DNA of 64,000 bases from assembly GCA_036264255.1 (NCBI GenBank), contig DATARI010000132.1:2775-66774 (forward strand), read 5' to 3'. A program made the position numbers and the translations under genes. This document shows positions 19,627 through 28,167 of this stretch, piece after piece. A model generated the notes under the pieces. That model made no database searches. It was not told the DNA's origin and saw nothing but the letters and a program-made list of their open reading frames with translations. The stretch is from Acidimicrobiales bacterium (GTDB lineage Bacteria; Actinomycetota; Acidimicrobiia; Acidimicrobiales; RAAP-2). Within the stretch, counting starts at the first letter, position 1. Every line of letters begins with the position of its first letter.

Positions 19627-20090
19627 GCCACTGACCGGGTGGCCTGGCGAAACTGGGTCCAGGCGGACAGGTAGTCGGCCCGGGCGCGCCGGTCGCCGTC
19701 CCGGGCGGCGACTGCGTAGGCCGCCTCCATCCGGTGGCGCGCACGGTGGGCGGCGTCGTCGGGTGCGCCACAGGCGGTGTTGAGGGCGTCGAGGGCCGAG
19801 GCGATCTGGCCGGCGTCGAGGACCGGGAAGCCGGACACCAGCCGGTCGAGGGGGGCACAAGGCTCCCCACCGGTGGCGGTGCGACGGGCGGCATCCTCGT
19901 AACCGCAGACCAGCCAGGCCCCGACCGTGCCGTAGGTCTGGACGACGGCCCGGCGCCCCGATCGGTTGTCCGGGTCACCGGCGATGGCCTCGATGGCCTC
20001 CTCGGGCGTGATCTGGCCCACGTCGACGACCGGGGTGGTCTCCTCGGCGAGGAGGGCGTCGTCCCGGAGGGCCCGGACTCGACGGGCCAT
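19623..20090 (-). CDS. Hypothetical protein (155 aa)
   Basis: ORF trimmed to ATG 20090 (MARRVRALRDD). Codon usage resembles its neighbours. I recognise no motif. Confidence 0.5.
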   Translation of the reverse strand: MARRVRALRDDALLAEETTPVVDVGQITPEEAIEAIAGDPDNRSGRRAVVQTYGTVGAWLVCGYEDAARRTATGGEPCAPLDRLVSGFPVLDAGQIASALDALNTACGAPDDAAHRARHRMEAAYAVAARDGDRRARADYLSAWTQFRQATRSVA

Positions 20091-20327
20091 GGGGGCGGTG
20101 CGGTCCGCCCGAGCTCGGGTCGGCGCCCCGGCTGACGTCCGAGCGGTGCTCGGTCGGGAGAGCGATCTCGGCGTACTCACCTGGTTGCATGTCTGGGCCA
20201 TGTGGGCCCCCTTCCATCGGTCGTACCCTTCTCATCGACACGTTTCGCCGGCGGGTCAAGTCCCGCGAGCAACCCTTGCCCCGGGGACGGCCCCAGGACT
20301 CGATCGGATGGCCGGGTCCGATGAACG

Positions 20328-20346
20328 AAAAAACGGGTGCGGCCCG
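20328..20346 (-). terminator. Weak intrinsic-terminator-like hairpin with U6 tract downstream of cfa
   Basis: On the minus strand: CGGG-CCGCA-CCCG followed by UUUUUU. An A6/T6 run is conspicuous in this GC-rich DNA, but the stem is only 4 bp. Confidence 0.3.
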
Positions 20347-20377
20347 GTCGTGGGACGCCGTCGGTCAGGCAGCGAGG

Positions 20378-21739
20378 TCACGACCAGCCGGTGCGGGTGG
20401 GGGGCATGCCGCTGACCCCATCCGGTTCGGAGATGACGCCGAGCACCTGGTGGATGGCCAGACCGGCGTCGTCGAACCCGTTGGCCGACGCCGCCATGTA
20501 GAACCGCCAGATGTTGGCACGGCGCTCGCCCACCAGGGCGACCGCCTGGTCCCAGCCTTCCTCGAGATTGGCGACCCAGGCCCGCAGCGTCTTGGCGTAG
20601 TGCTCCCGCAGCGACTCGACGTCCCGCACCTCGAATCCCGCCCGCTGCATGGCCAAGATGACCTCCCCGACGTCGAGGAGTTCGCCATCGGGAAAGACGT
20701 AGCGACCGATGAAGGTCCGCCGTCCGAGCACCGAGCCCCCCGGGCTGGAGATGGCGTGGTTGAGCAGCCTCCCGGTCGGCCCGAGGAGGTCGCGCAGGGT
20801 GGTGAAGTAAAGGGCCATGGCCGACGTCCCGACGTGTTCGAACATTCCGATCGACGAGATGGCGTCGAACTGCTCGCCCTTCAGCTCCCGGTAGTCCTGG
20901 AGGCGGATCTCGATGCGGTCATCGAGCCCGGCCGCCTTCACCCGCTCTTGAGCCAGATCAACCTGTTCGGAGCTCAGTGCCACCCCGACGACGCTGGCCT
21001 GGTGGTGCTGGGCGGCATGAATGGCCATCGAACCCCAGCCGCAACCCACGTCGAGGAGGCGAGACCCCGGATGCTGGTCGAGGCCCAACTTGCGACAGAT
21101 CAATTCGTGCTTGGCGTCCTGGGCCTCCTCGAGCGTGCTGGTCTCGGAGACGAACCGGGCACACGAATAGGTCATGCGGGGCCCGAGGAACAGCCGGTAG
21201 AAGTCGTTGCCCACGTCATAGTGGTGGCTGATGACCTTGGCATCCCGGCCGAGGGAGTGGAGCCTGCCCGTCGGCCGGCACTCTTCGGCCGGTGCCGGGA
21301 GGGGAGGCCCGATGGCGCCCAGCCGCCGGGCGGCGTCGACGATGGGCGGCAGCGCCCGAAGTCCCATCTTGCGGAGGTCACGGGGGGCGGTGTCGTGGAG
21401 GACCCGCAGCATCGCGAACAGGTCTCCCTCCAAAGACAGGTCGCCGGCCACGAACGCCCGGGCCACCCCCAGTTCGCCCGGGGCCCAGAGCATCCGCCGC
21501 ACCGCATCGACCGAGTTGACCCGGATGGTCCCCGGACCCCCGACCGGCCCGATCCCGCTCCCATCCCAGAACTCGAATCGCACCGGCAACTCGGTGCCCA
21601 GCAAGGCCCGTAGCAGCGGAGCCAGCGCCCCGGCGGCACCGCTGTTGGTGCCGGTCGCCACCCGGGAACCGGGACCCTCGGCCGGAACCGGTGCCGGTGA
21701 GGGGGTTCCCGACGCCTGTGACGATTCCCGGATGACCAT
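20378..21739 (-). CDS. cfa: Cyclopropane-fatty-acyl-phospholipid synthase family SAM methyltransferase
   Basis: HYDVGNDFYRLFLGPRMTYSCA and SAM motif LLDVGCGWGSMAIHAA. AAGGAG lies 5 nt upstream of ATG 21739. Confidence 0.9.
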   Translation of the reverse strand: MVIRESSQASGTPSPAPVPAEGPGSRVATGTNSGAAGALAPLLRALLGTELPVRFEFWDGSGIGPVGGPGTIRVNSVDAVRRMLWAPGELGVARAFVAGDLSLEGDLFAMLRVLHDTAPRDLRKMGLRALPPIVDAARRLGAIGPPLPAPAEECRPTGRLHSLGRDAKVISHHYDVGNDFYRLFLGPRMTYSCARFVSETSTLEEAQDAKHELICRKLGLDQHPGSRLLDVGCGWGSMAIHAAQHHQASVVGVALSSEQVDLAQERVKAAGLDDRIEIRLQDYRELKGEQFDAISSIGMFEHVGTSAMALYFTTLRDLLGPTGRLLNHAISSPGGSVLGRRTFIGRYVFPDGELLDVGEVILAMQRAGFEVRDVESLREHYAKTLRAWVANLEEGWDQAVALVGERRANIWRFYMAASANGFDDAGLAIHQVLGVISEPDGVSGMPPTRTGWS

Positions 21740-21843
21740 GAGAGCTCCTTCGGTCTGCAATTTGCCCTGTCACCCGGATCTTATGGGGGGTCCTGCGTTT
21801 GCGTCGCGGCCGGGATGGGCACGGGGAGACCCTCCGGACGGGG

Positions 21844-22998
21844 TCAGAACTGCCGGTTGACGCCGATCCCGATCGGGAGCTTGTTCGGATCCCAACCGAG
21901 GAGGGCCACCGCTTGACCGAAGGCGAACCTGTCGGTCATCCCGGCGACGTAGCTGACCGCGGCGATCATGGCCTCGTCGTCACCGCCCCGCAGGTCGGTG
22001 ACGCTGCTGTCTCCGTCGGGGATCAGGTTCGGGCGATCCCCGTAGTGCTCCACCAGGGCCTGGAGCACCCCGATCACCGCCCTTCCCTGGGCGACCGAAC
22101 TGGGGCGAAGGTAGATGTGCTCGTAGTTGCAGGCCCGGAAAGCCGACAACGCGTCGGCGTAGGTGGCCGACATGCCGACCCGGCCGGTGTCGAGCACGGT
22201 CGCCACCATCGCGTCGATAAAGGTTCCCAGCTGTTGGCCGCGCTGGATGCCGCAGCGTTCCCGCACCATGTCGGGGAGCACCTGGGGGGTGATGATCCCA
22301 CTCTTCACCGCGTCCTCGAAGTCATGGCAGACATAGGCGATCCGGTCGGCCCAGCTGACCACCTCCCCCTCCGGCGTGCTCGGGGCGGGCCGGGACCACG
22401 AGTGGTTCCGGATGCCGTCGAGTGTCTCGAGGCAGAGATTCAACCCGGCCAGCGAGACGTCCGCCCCCCAGGGGGCATGGTCGAAACCACCGGCCACGTA
22501 GGGGGAGAGGGCGTCCTCGCTGGCGTGACCTCCCGGGCCGTGGCCGCAGTCGTGACCGAGGGCGATGGCCTCGGTGAGGGCGACGTTGAGCCGGCAGGCC
22601 CGGGCGATGCCGGTGGCCACCTGGGCCACTTCGAGGGCATGGGTGAGCCGGGTCCGCTGATGGTCGTCGGGGAACACGAACACCTGAGTCTTCCCGGCCA
22701 GCCGGCGGAACGCCGGGGCGTGGAGGATGCGATCACGGTCCCGTTCGAAACAGGTCCGCCAGGGGTCTGGCTCCTCGGGTCGGAGCCGGGAGCCTCCCCC
22801 CTGGGCGTGGGTGGCCCCCAGCGCCAGCTGGGCGTCCTCGTCCACCTCCCGGAGGGTGCGATCGAGACCGGGGACGGAGCCGTCGGGATCGACCACCGCC
22901 GAACTGTCGGCATGGGCGAATTTGGTGTCCTGGTCGCCGTGGGCGTACATGGTGGAGGCCCACTGCCGGCTCCGTTCGCTCTCGCCCTCCATGTCCAC
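21844..22998 (-). CDS. dgt: dGTP triphosphohydrolase-like HD-domain protein
   Basis: FERDRDRILHAPAFRRLAGKTQVF, RLTHALEVAQV, and ALGHDCGHGPGGH (HD motif). Confidence 0.9.
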   Translation of the reverse strand: MDMEGESERSRQWASTMYAHGDQDTKFAHADSSAVVDPDGSVPGLDRTLREVDEDAQLALGATHAQGGGSRLRPEEPDPWRTCFERDRDRILHAPAFRRLAGKTQVFVFPDDHQRTRLTHALEVAQVATGIARACRLNVALTEAIALGHDCGHGPGGHASEDALSPYVAGGFDHAPWGADVSLAGLNLCLETLDGIRNHSWSRPAPSTPEGEVVSWADRIAYVCHDFEDAVKSGIITPQVLPDMVRERCGIQRGQQLGTFIDAMVATVLDTGRVGMSATYADALSAFRACNYEHIYLRPSSVAQGRAVIGVLQALVEHYGDRPNLIPDGDSSVTDLRGGDDEAMIAAVSYVAGMTDRFAFGQAVALLGWDPNKLPIGIGVNRQF

Positions 22999-23102
22999 AG
23001 TGTGCCTTACGGCTGTGACGCTGGGACGCCACGCTTCGCCGACCTTGTATCGTCAGGGGGGCCGTCGGTTCCGTCGGCTATGGGTTGAGAGGAGCGTGCC
23101 AG

Positions 23103-23339
23103 GTGGACGTGCGTATCGGGATCGTGCAGTCGATAAAGGAGCTCGACGTCGAGTTGCCTGACGATGCTGACCGCGACAAGGTCCTGGCCCAAATCGAAGG
23201 GGCGCTGGCCAAGGAAGGCTCCATGCTGTGGCTCACCGACCGGAAGGGCCGTCGGGTGGGGGTGCCGGCCAGCAAGGTCGCCTACGTAGAGGTGGACGGA
23301 CCGACTTCCGATCGTCGGGTCGGCTTCGGGGTCTCCTGA
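23103..23339 (+). CDS. DUF3107-family protein
   Basis: VDVRIGIVQSIKELDVELPDD...WLTDRKGRRVGVPASKVAYVEV matches my memory of the actinobacterial DUF3107 family. GTG start with GAGAGGAG 8 nt upstream. Confidence 0.75.
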   Translation: MDVRIGIVQSIKELDVELPDDADRDKVLAQIEGALAKEGSMLWLTDRKGRRVGVPASKVAYVEVDGPTSDRRVGFGVS

Positions 23340-23400
23340 TCCCACCCCTTGCCGCCCCTCAGGCTGTCTCGGTGATGGTGGGCCGCGGGCCGGCGGCCCG

Positions 23401-24348
23401 ATGACAGCGCTCCTCGATCTGAAACTGGTCTTCGTGACCGGCAAGGGGGGTGTCGGCAAGACCACTGTCGCCTCGGCGCTGGCCCTGTTCGCCTCCCAAC
23501 GGGGGAAGCGGGTGCTCGTCTGCGAGGTGGATGCCAAGGGCGAGGTGGCCCGCTTCTACGAAGCCCCGCCCACCGGCTTCGCCGAAAAGGAGTTGCTCCC
23601 CGGGCTCTTCGTCATGACCATGGACACCGAGGCATCCCTCCGGGAGTACCTGAAGCTGCAGTTGCGGATTCCGGTGGTGGGGCGGATCGGGCCGTTGGCC
23701 AAGGCGTTCGACTTCGTCGCAACCGCGGCTCCCGGGGTCCGGGAGATCCTCACCGTCGGCAAGCTCTGCTACGAGGTGCGGGAGCGTCACTACGATCTGG
23801 TGATCGTCGACGCGCCGGCCTCCGGCCACATCGTCGGCCAGCTGGCCGCCCCGCAGGCCATCAACGATCTGGTGAAGGTGGGGCTGATCCGGTCCCAGAC
23901 CGACTGGATGCTCGACATCCTCTCCGACCCGACCCAGACCGGCCTGATCGCGGTGTGCACCCCCGAGGAGATGCCGGTCAGCGAGACCATCGAACTGGCG
24001 GTCAGGGTGAGGGAGGAGACCACTGTCACGATGTCGGCGGTGGTGGTGAACCGGGTCCTCCACGAGCTGTTCGGCCGGCAGGAAGAGCTGGTGTTCGACG
24101 CCCTGTCCTCACCCGACCCCTCCGAGAAACTGGCCGAGTTGGTCGGCGGTGACCCGGTGCCGGTCCTCGACGCCGCCCGGCTGGCGGTGACCATGCGGCG
24201 GACCCGCTCCACCCATCTCGAGCGCCTCCGGGAAGGCATCGACCCGGCGGTGCCGCTCCTCTACCTCCCCTATCTGTTCACCCGATCCCACGGGCTCCGG
24301 ACCACCCGCCAGGTGGCCGCCTCCCTGGGTGAGGAGCTCGGCTACTGA
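23401..24348 (+). CDS. ArsA/Get3-like P-loop ATPase (first of a pair)
   Basis: P-loop FVTGKGGVGKTTVASALA and the overall ArsA-like layout. Confidence 0.85.
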   Translation: MTALLDLKLVFVTGKGGVGKTTVASALALFASQRGKRVLVCEVDAKGEVARFYEAPPTGFAEKELLPGLFVMTMDTEASLREYLKLQLRIPVVGRIGPLAKAFDFVATAAPGVREILTVGKLCYEVRERHYDLVIVDAPASGHIVGQLAAPQAINDLVKVGLIRSQTDWMLDILSDPTQTGLIAVCTPEEMPVSETIELAVRVREETTVTMSAVVVNRVLHELFGRQEELVFDALSSPDPSEKLAELVGGDPVPVLDAARLAVTMRRTRSTHLERLREGIDPAVPLLYLPYLFTRSHGLRTTRQVAASLGEELGY

Positions 24349-25559
24349 TGACGCCGGCACGCCCGAAACGGGCCACCCCCACTCCGGACGGCGCCGGCTC
24401 GCTCGACGGTCTGCTGGCGGCCAAGGAGATCATCATCGCCTGTGGTCCCGGAGGGGTGGGGAAGACCACCACCGCGGCCGCCGCCGGGGTGATGGCCGCC
24501 CTCCACCACGGGGGCAAGGTCCTGGTCCTGACCGTCGATCCGGCCAAGCGGCTGGCCAACGCCCTCGGGCTGGAGGGGATCGGCAATGCCGAGACCCGGG
24601 TCCCCGACGAAGCCTTCCGCTCCGCCGGGCTGAAGCCCCGGGGTGAGCTGTGGGCGGCGATGCTCGACACCAAGGAGTCGTGGGACGCCCTCATCCGGAT
24701 GCACGCCCCGGACCCGCAGACCCGGGACGAGATCCTCGCCAACCCGCTCTACAAGAACATCTCGGGGCGGTTCGTCCAGAGCCACGACTACATCGCCATG
24801 GAGCGCCTCTACGAGATCCACTCCGAAGGCGAATACGACCTGATCGTGGTGGACACCCCGCCGACCCGGAATGCGCTCGACTTCCTCGACGCTCCGCAAC
24901 GGTTGGCCGACTTCTTCTCCTCCCGGCTGCTCCGGTGGCTGATCGTCCCCTACCGGTCCAAGCTGGTGAACGTGGCCACCAAGCCCTTCTACCAGGTCGC
25001 CGACCGCATCCTCGGTACCCAGTTCCTGGCCGACATCTCCGAGTTCTTCATTCTCTTCCAGTCGATGTACGACGGCTTCGTGGAGCGGGCGGGCGCGGTG
25101 CAACGGTTGCTGTCCGACCGGAGGACGACCTTCATGGTGGTGTCCACCCTCGAGGGCGTCCCGCTCCGGGAGGCGGAATTCTTCGCCCAGGAGCTCACCG
25201 CCCGGCATCTCAACCTGGGCGCCATCGTCTTGAACAAGGTGCTTCCCGCCTACCTCCAGGGGGCCGAAGCCGCCACGGTCGCCGAGGCGATGAAGGAGCG
25301 CTCCGACGAGCTGGCCACCTCGTTGGCTCCGGTGCTGGGGTCGGTCGATTCCGCCCTCGGCGACGAGGCCCAGATCCGGCGGGTCCTGGTCGAGGTGGCC
25401 GAGAGCTTTCTCAACTTCCGGGTGGTCGCCCTGCGCGAAGCCGAGGAGAAGTCGGAACTCGGCAACGTGCCCGAAGTCCTGGCCACCGTCCCGTTCTTCG
25501 ACACCGATATCTACGACCTGGCCGGTCTGGTCCGGCTGGGCGAGCAGATCTGGGACTGA
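24348..25559 (+). CDS. ArsA/Get3-like P-loop ATPase (second of a pair)
   Basis: P-loop ACGPGGVGKTTTAAAAG and LVLTVDPAKRLANALG. Its ATG shares one nucleotide with the previous stop (TGATG). Confidence 0.85.
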   Translation: MTPARPKRATPTPDGAGSLDGLLAAKEIIIACGPGGVGKTTTAAAAGVMAALHHGGKVLVLTVDPAKRLANALGLEGIGNAETRVPDEAFRSAGLKPRGELWAAMLDTKESWDALIRMHAPDPQTRDEILANPLYKNISGRFVQSHDYIAMERLYEIHSEGEYDLIVVDTPPTRNALDFLDAPQRLADFFSSRLLRWLIVPYRSKLVNVATKPFYQVADRILGTQFLADISEFFILFQSMYDGFVERAGAVQRLLSDRRTTFMVVSTLEGVPLREAEFFAQELTARHLNLGAIVLNKVLPAYLQGAEAATVAEAMKERSDELATSLAPVLGSVDSALGDEAQIRRVLVEVAESFLNFRVVALREAEEKSELGNVPEVLATVPFFDTDIYDLAGLVRLGEQIWD

Positions 25560-25613
25560 GTCGGCGGGTGGCTCGGCCGGGTTCCTCCCGAGCGGACGCC
25601 GCGACGTGGGTGG

Positions 25614-26468
25614 TCAGGTACCGCCGACGGCTTCGCCGCCCTCCCACAACGCCCTGACCCCGCTGGCGGCCAGGGCTCCCTGCCGCCGTCCCGCCTCCAG
25701 CGCCGGCCCACGTCGGGACGGGTCGAGCGGGTTGTCTCCGAAGCTGGCCAGCGCGTCGTCGTCGGCCGTGACCACCTGGACCGTCGAACCGTGGTCGCGG
25801 AGGCCGGCCGCCTCGTCCTCGAGCCTCAGTGCCATGGTGGCCTGCATCGGGGTGAGCACCAGCACCCGGTCGTGGCCCGACGCCAGGTCGGCGTTGGTCC
25901 CCGATCGCACCCCGCCGTCGATGTAGCGACGATCACCGATGGTCACCGGGGGCCACACCCCGGGCACCGCGCAGCTGGCGGCGACCGCGTCGACCAGCGG
26001 CACCCCCGACGAGGCGTCGAAGGTGGTGAGCTCGCCGGAGTGGGCGTCGACGGCGGTCAGCACGATCGGACGCGCCGGCCACTGGTGGGAGGGAAGGCGA
26101 GCGGCGATCACCGCCCGCCGCACCGGCTCGGCCACGGTGTCGGCACCGAGGGCCATGGTTCCGACCTGGGCTCGTCGCTCGTCGCCGGAGGCCGACGGGT
26201 CACTCAGGAGGGTGAAGATCTTGGCCAGCAGGTCGAGGTCGAGGACCGCCGCCAGCTCCTGGGAATCCGCCGCCAGCTGGGCTCCGACCAGCGCGTCGAG
26301 CGAACCGGTGGTGATCTGGGCGGCGACGGTGGCGCCGGCCGAGGTGCCCACGATGAGGTCGGCGTCGTTGAGGTCGAGCCCGTCGTCGGCCATCCCGGCG
26401 ATGACGCCGAGTTCCCAGGCGATCCCGGTGAGGCCTCCACCGGCCAGCACCAGCGCTTTCGTCGTCAC
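25614..26468 (-). CDS. Patatin-like phospholipase
   Basis: Oxyanion motif LAGGGLTG and nucleophile elbow GTSAG (G-x-S-x-G). Confidence 0.85.
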   Translation of the reverse strand: MTTKALVLAGGGLTGIAWELGVIAGMADDGLDLNDADLIVGTSAGATVAAQITTGSLDALVGAQLAADSQELAAVLDLDLLAKIFTLLSDPSASGDERRAQVGTMALGADTVAEPVRRAVIAARLPSHQWPARPIVLTAVDAHSGELTTFDASSGVPLVDAVAASCAVPGVWPPVTIGDRRYIDGGVRSGTNADLASGHDRVLVLTPMQATMALRLEDEAAGLRDHGSTVQVVTADDDALASFGDNPLDPSRRGPALEAGRRQGALAASGVRALWEGGEAVGGT

Positions 26469-26608
26469 CGTTTACCCTCCCCGTCCCGACCGCCTTCGTT
26501 TCCGGCGACGCTCCCGACCCCGCCGCTCAACCCTAACCGTGGGGCTGGGGGCGGAAAGGCCTGTCCAGCCAGGAATCCCCTTCACCCTCCCTGCTTTACG
26601 ATGCAGGG

Positions 26609-27253
26609 ATGGCCGACATCGTTGATCCTGACATCGAGGCGTACGCCGCCGCCCACACCACCGCCCCGCCCGACTATCTCGAAGCCCTTGCCGCCGAGAC
26701 CCGGGCCGAACTGCGGGCGCCGGGCATGATGGTGGGCCGGCTCGAAGGACGGTTCCTCGAGATGCTGGTGTTCGCCACCGGCGCGACCTCCATCCTGGAG
26801 ATCGGCACCTTCAGCGGATACTCCTCCCTGGCCATGGCGGCCGGCCTGCCCCCCGGCGGCTCGATCGTCACCTGCGAGGTCGATCCGGTCCATGCCGAGT
26901 TCGCCAAGCGGCACATCGCCGCCAGTCCCTTCGCCGACCGGATCGAGGTCCTGCTCGGCCCGGCCATCGACACCATTGCCACGCTGCCAGGACCGTTCGA
27001 CCTGGTGTTCATCGATGCCGACAAGGCCAGCTACCCCGCCTACTACGAGGCCACCCTGGCCAAGCTGTCCCCCCGGGGTCTGATCGCGGCCGACAACACG
27101 CTGTGGAGCGGTCGGATCCTCGATCCCGGCGATACCTCTGCCGACACCGAGGCGCTGCGGGCGTTCAACGACAAGGTGGCCTCCGATCCCCGGGTGGTCG
27201 CCGTCCAGACCACCGTGCGGGACGGCGTGACCCTCATCCGGCACGCGGGCTGA
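26609..27253 (+). CDS. Class I SAM-dependent O-methyltransferase (caffeoyl-CoA OMT-like)
   Basis: ILEIGTFSGYSSLAMA (SAM motif I), FDLVFIDADK, and LIAADNTLWSG. Confidence 0.85.
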   Translation: MADIVDPDIEAYAAAHTTAPPDYLEALAAETRAELRAPGMMVGRLEGRFLEMLVFATGATSILEIGTFSGYSSLAMAAGLPPGGSIVTCEVDPVHAEFAKRHIAASPFADRIEVLLGPAIDTIATLPGPFDLVFIDADKASYPAYYEATLAKLSPRGLIAADNTLWSGRILDPGDTSADTEALRAFNDKVASDPRVVAVQTTVRDGVTLIRHAG

Positions 27254-27256
27254 TCG

Positions 27257-28165
27257 GTGCTCGACTACCACCTCCATCTCTGGCCCCATACCCAGAGTGA
27301 TGCGGAGGCGACCATCGAGCAGGTGGCCGCCTACTGCGAGCATGCGGTGTCCCACGGGGTCACCGAGATCGCCCTCACCGAGCACCTGTTCCGATTCACC
27401 CAGGCCAGTGACCTCCTCGGCGAGTTCTGGAACGACCTGCCCGGCGAGGCGCTGCGGCCGGGAATGGCCGCCTACTGGGACCAGCACGCCCGGGTGGACC
27501 TGGACAGCTACGTCGAGGTGGTCCAGGCGGTGAAGGCAGAAGGGCTCCCGGTCGTCCTCGGCCTGGAGGTCGATTACTACGAGGGCCGGATGGACGAAGT
27601 CGCCGGGCTGCTGAACGGGTATCCCTTCGACGTCCTGCTCGGCTCGGTCCACTGGCTGGGGGCCTGGCGGTTCGACGTCCTCAACGAGCCGCTGGTGATG
27701 GCCGAGTGGGAGGTCCGGGACGTCGACGCGGTGTGGGACGAGTACACCCGGGCGATGGAGGAGCTGGGCGCCTCGGGAGCCTGTGACGTGTTCGCCCATC
27801 CCGACCTGGTCAAGATCGCCGGCCGGGTCCCGGCGGTGCCGGACGAGTTCTACGACCGGATGGCGGAGGCGGCGGCGACCTCGGGGATGGCGGCCGAGCT
27901 GTCCTCGGCCGGTTGGCGTAAGCCGGTCGGCGAGGAGTACCCGGCCCCCCCGCTCCTCCAGCGGTTCGTCGCCCGCGGGGTACCACTGACCACCGCGTCG
28001 GACGCCCACACCTTGCCCGACGTGGCCGACCGGGCCGACGATCTGCGGTTGGTGCTGTCGGCCGCCGGTGTCACCGAGCTCCAGGGATTTCGGAACCGCC
28101 GACCCCATGGGGTACCGGTCTCGCCCGTCAACGCCGAGCTGACGGTCGCGGAACCCGGAGCCTGA
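27257..28165 (+). CDS. PHP-domain phosphoesterase (histidinol-phosphatase HisJ-like)
   Basis: LDYHLHLWPH at the N-terminus, LTEHLFRF, VLGSVHWL and FAHPDLVK are PHP His/Asp metal motifs. GTG start. Confidence 0.75.
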   Translation: MLDYHLHLWPHTQSDAEATIEQVAAYCEHAVSHGVTEIALTEHLFRFTQASDLLGEFWNDLPGEALRPGMAAYWDQHARVDLDSYVEVVQAVKAEGLPVVLGLEVDYYEGRMDEVAGLLNGYPFDVLLGSVHWLGAWRFDVLNEPLVMAEWEVRDVDAVWDEYTRAMEELGASGACDVFAHPDLVKIAGRVPAVPDEFYDRMAEAAATSGMAAELSSAGWRKPVGEEYPAPPLLQRFVARGVPLTTASDAHTLPDVADRADDLRLVLSAAGVTELQGFRNRRPHGVPVSPVNAELTVAEPGA

Positions 28166-28167
28166 CC

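Noticed and set aside
20189-21613. 474-aa plus-strand ORF (also 44559-45956, 45797-47413, 50410-51753 and 51877-53154 on the strands opposite known genes)
   Set aside because: All are antisense or alternate-frame partners of confidently identified genes (cfa, the DEAD-box helicase, PIG-L/GATase, aconitase). All translate to G/R/P/D/H-rich sequence without motifs.
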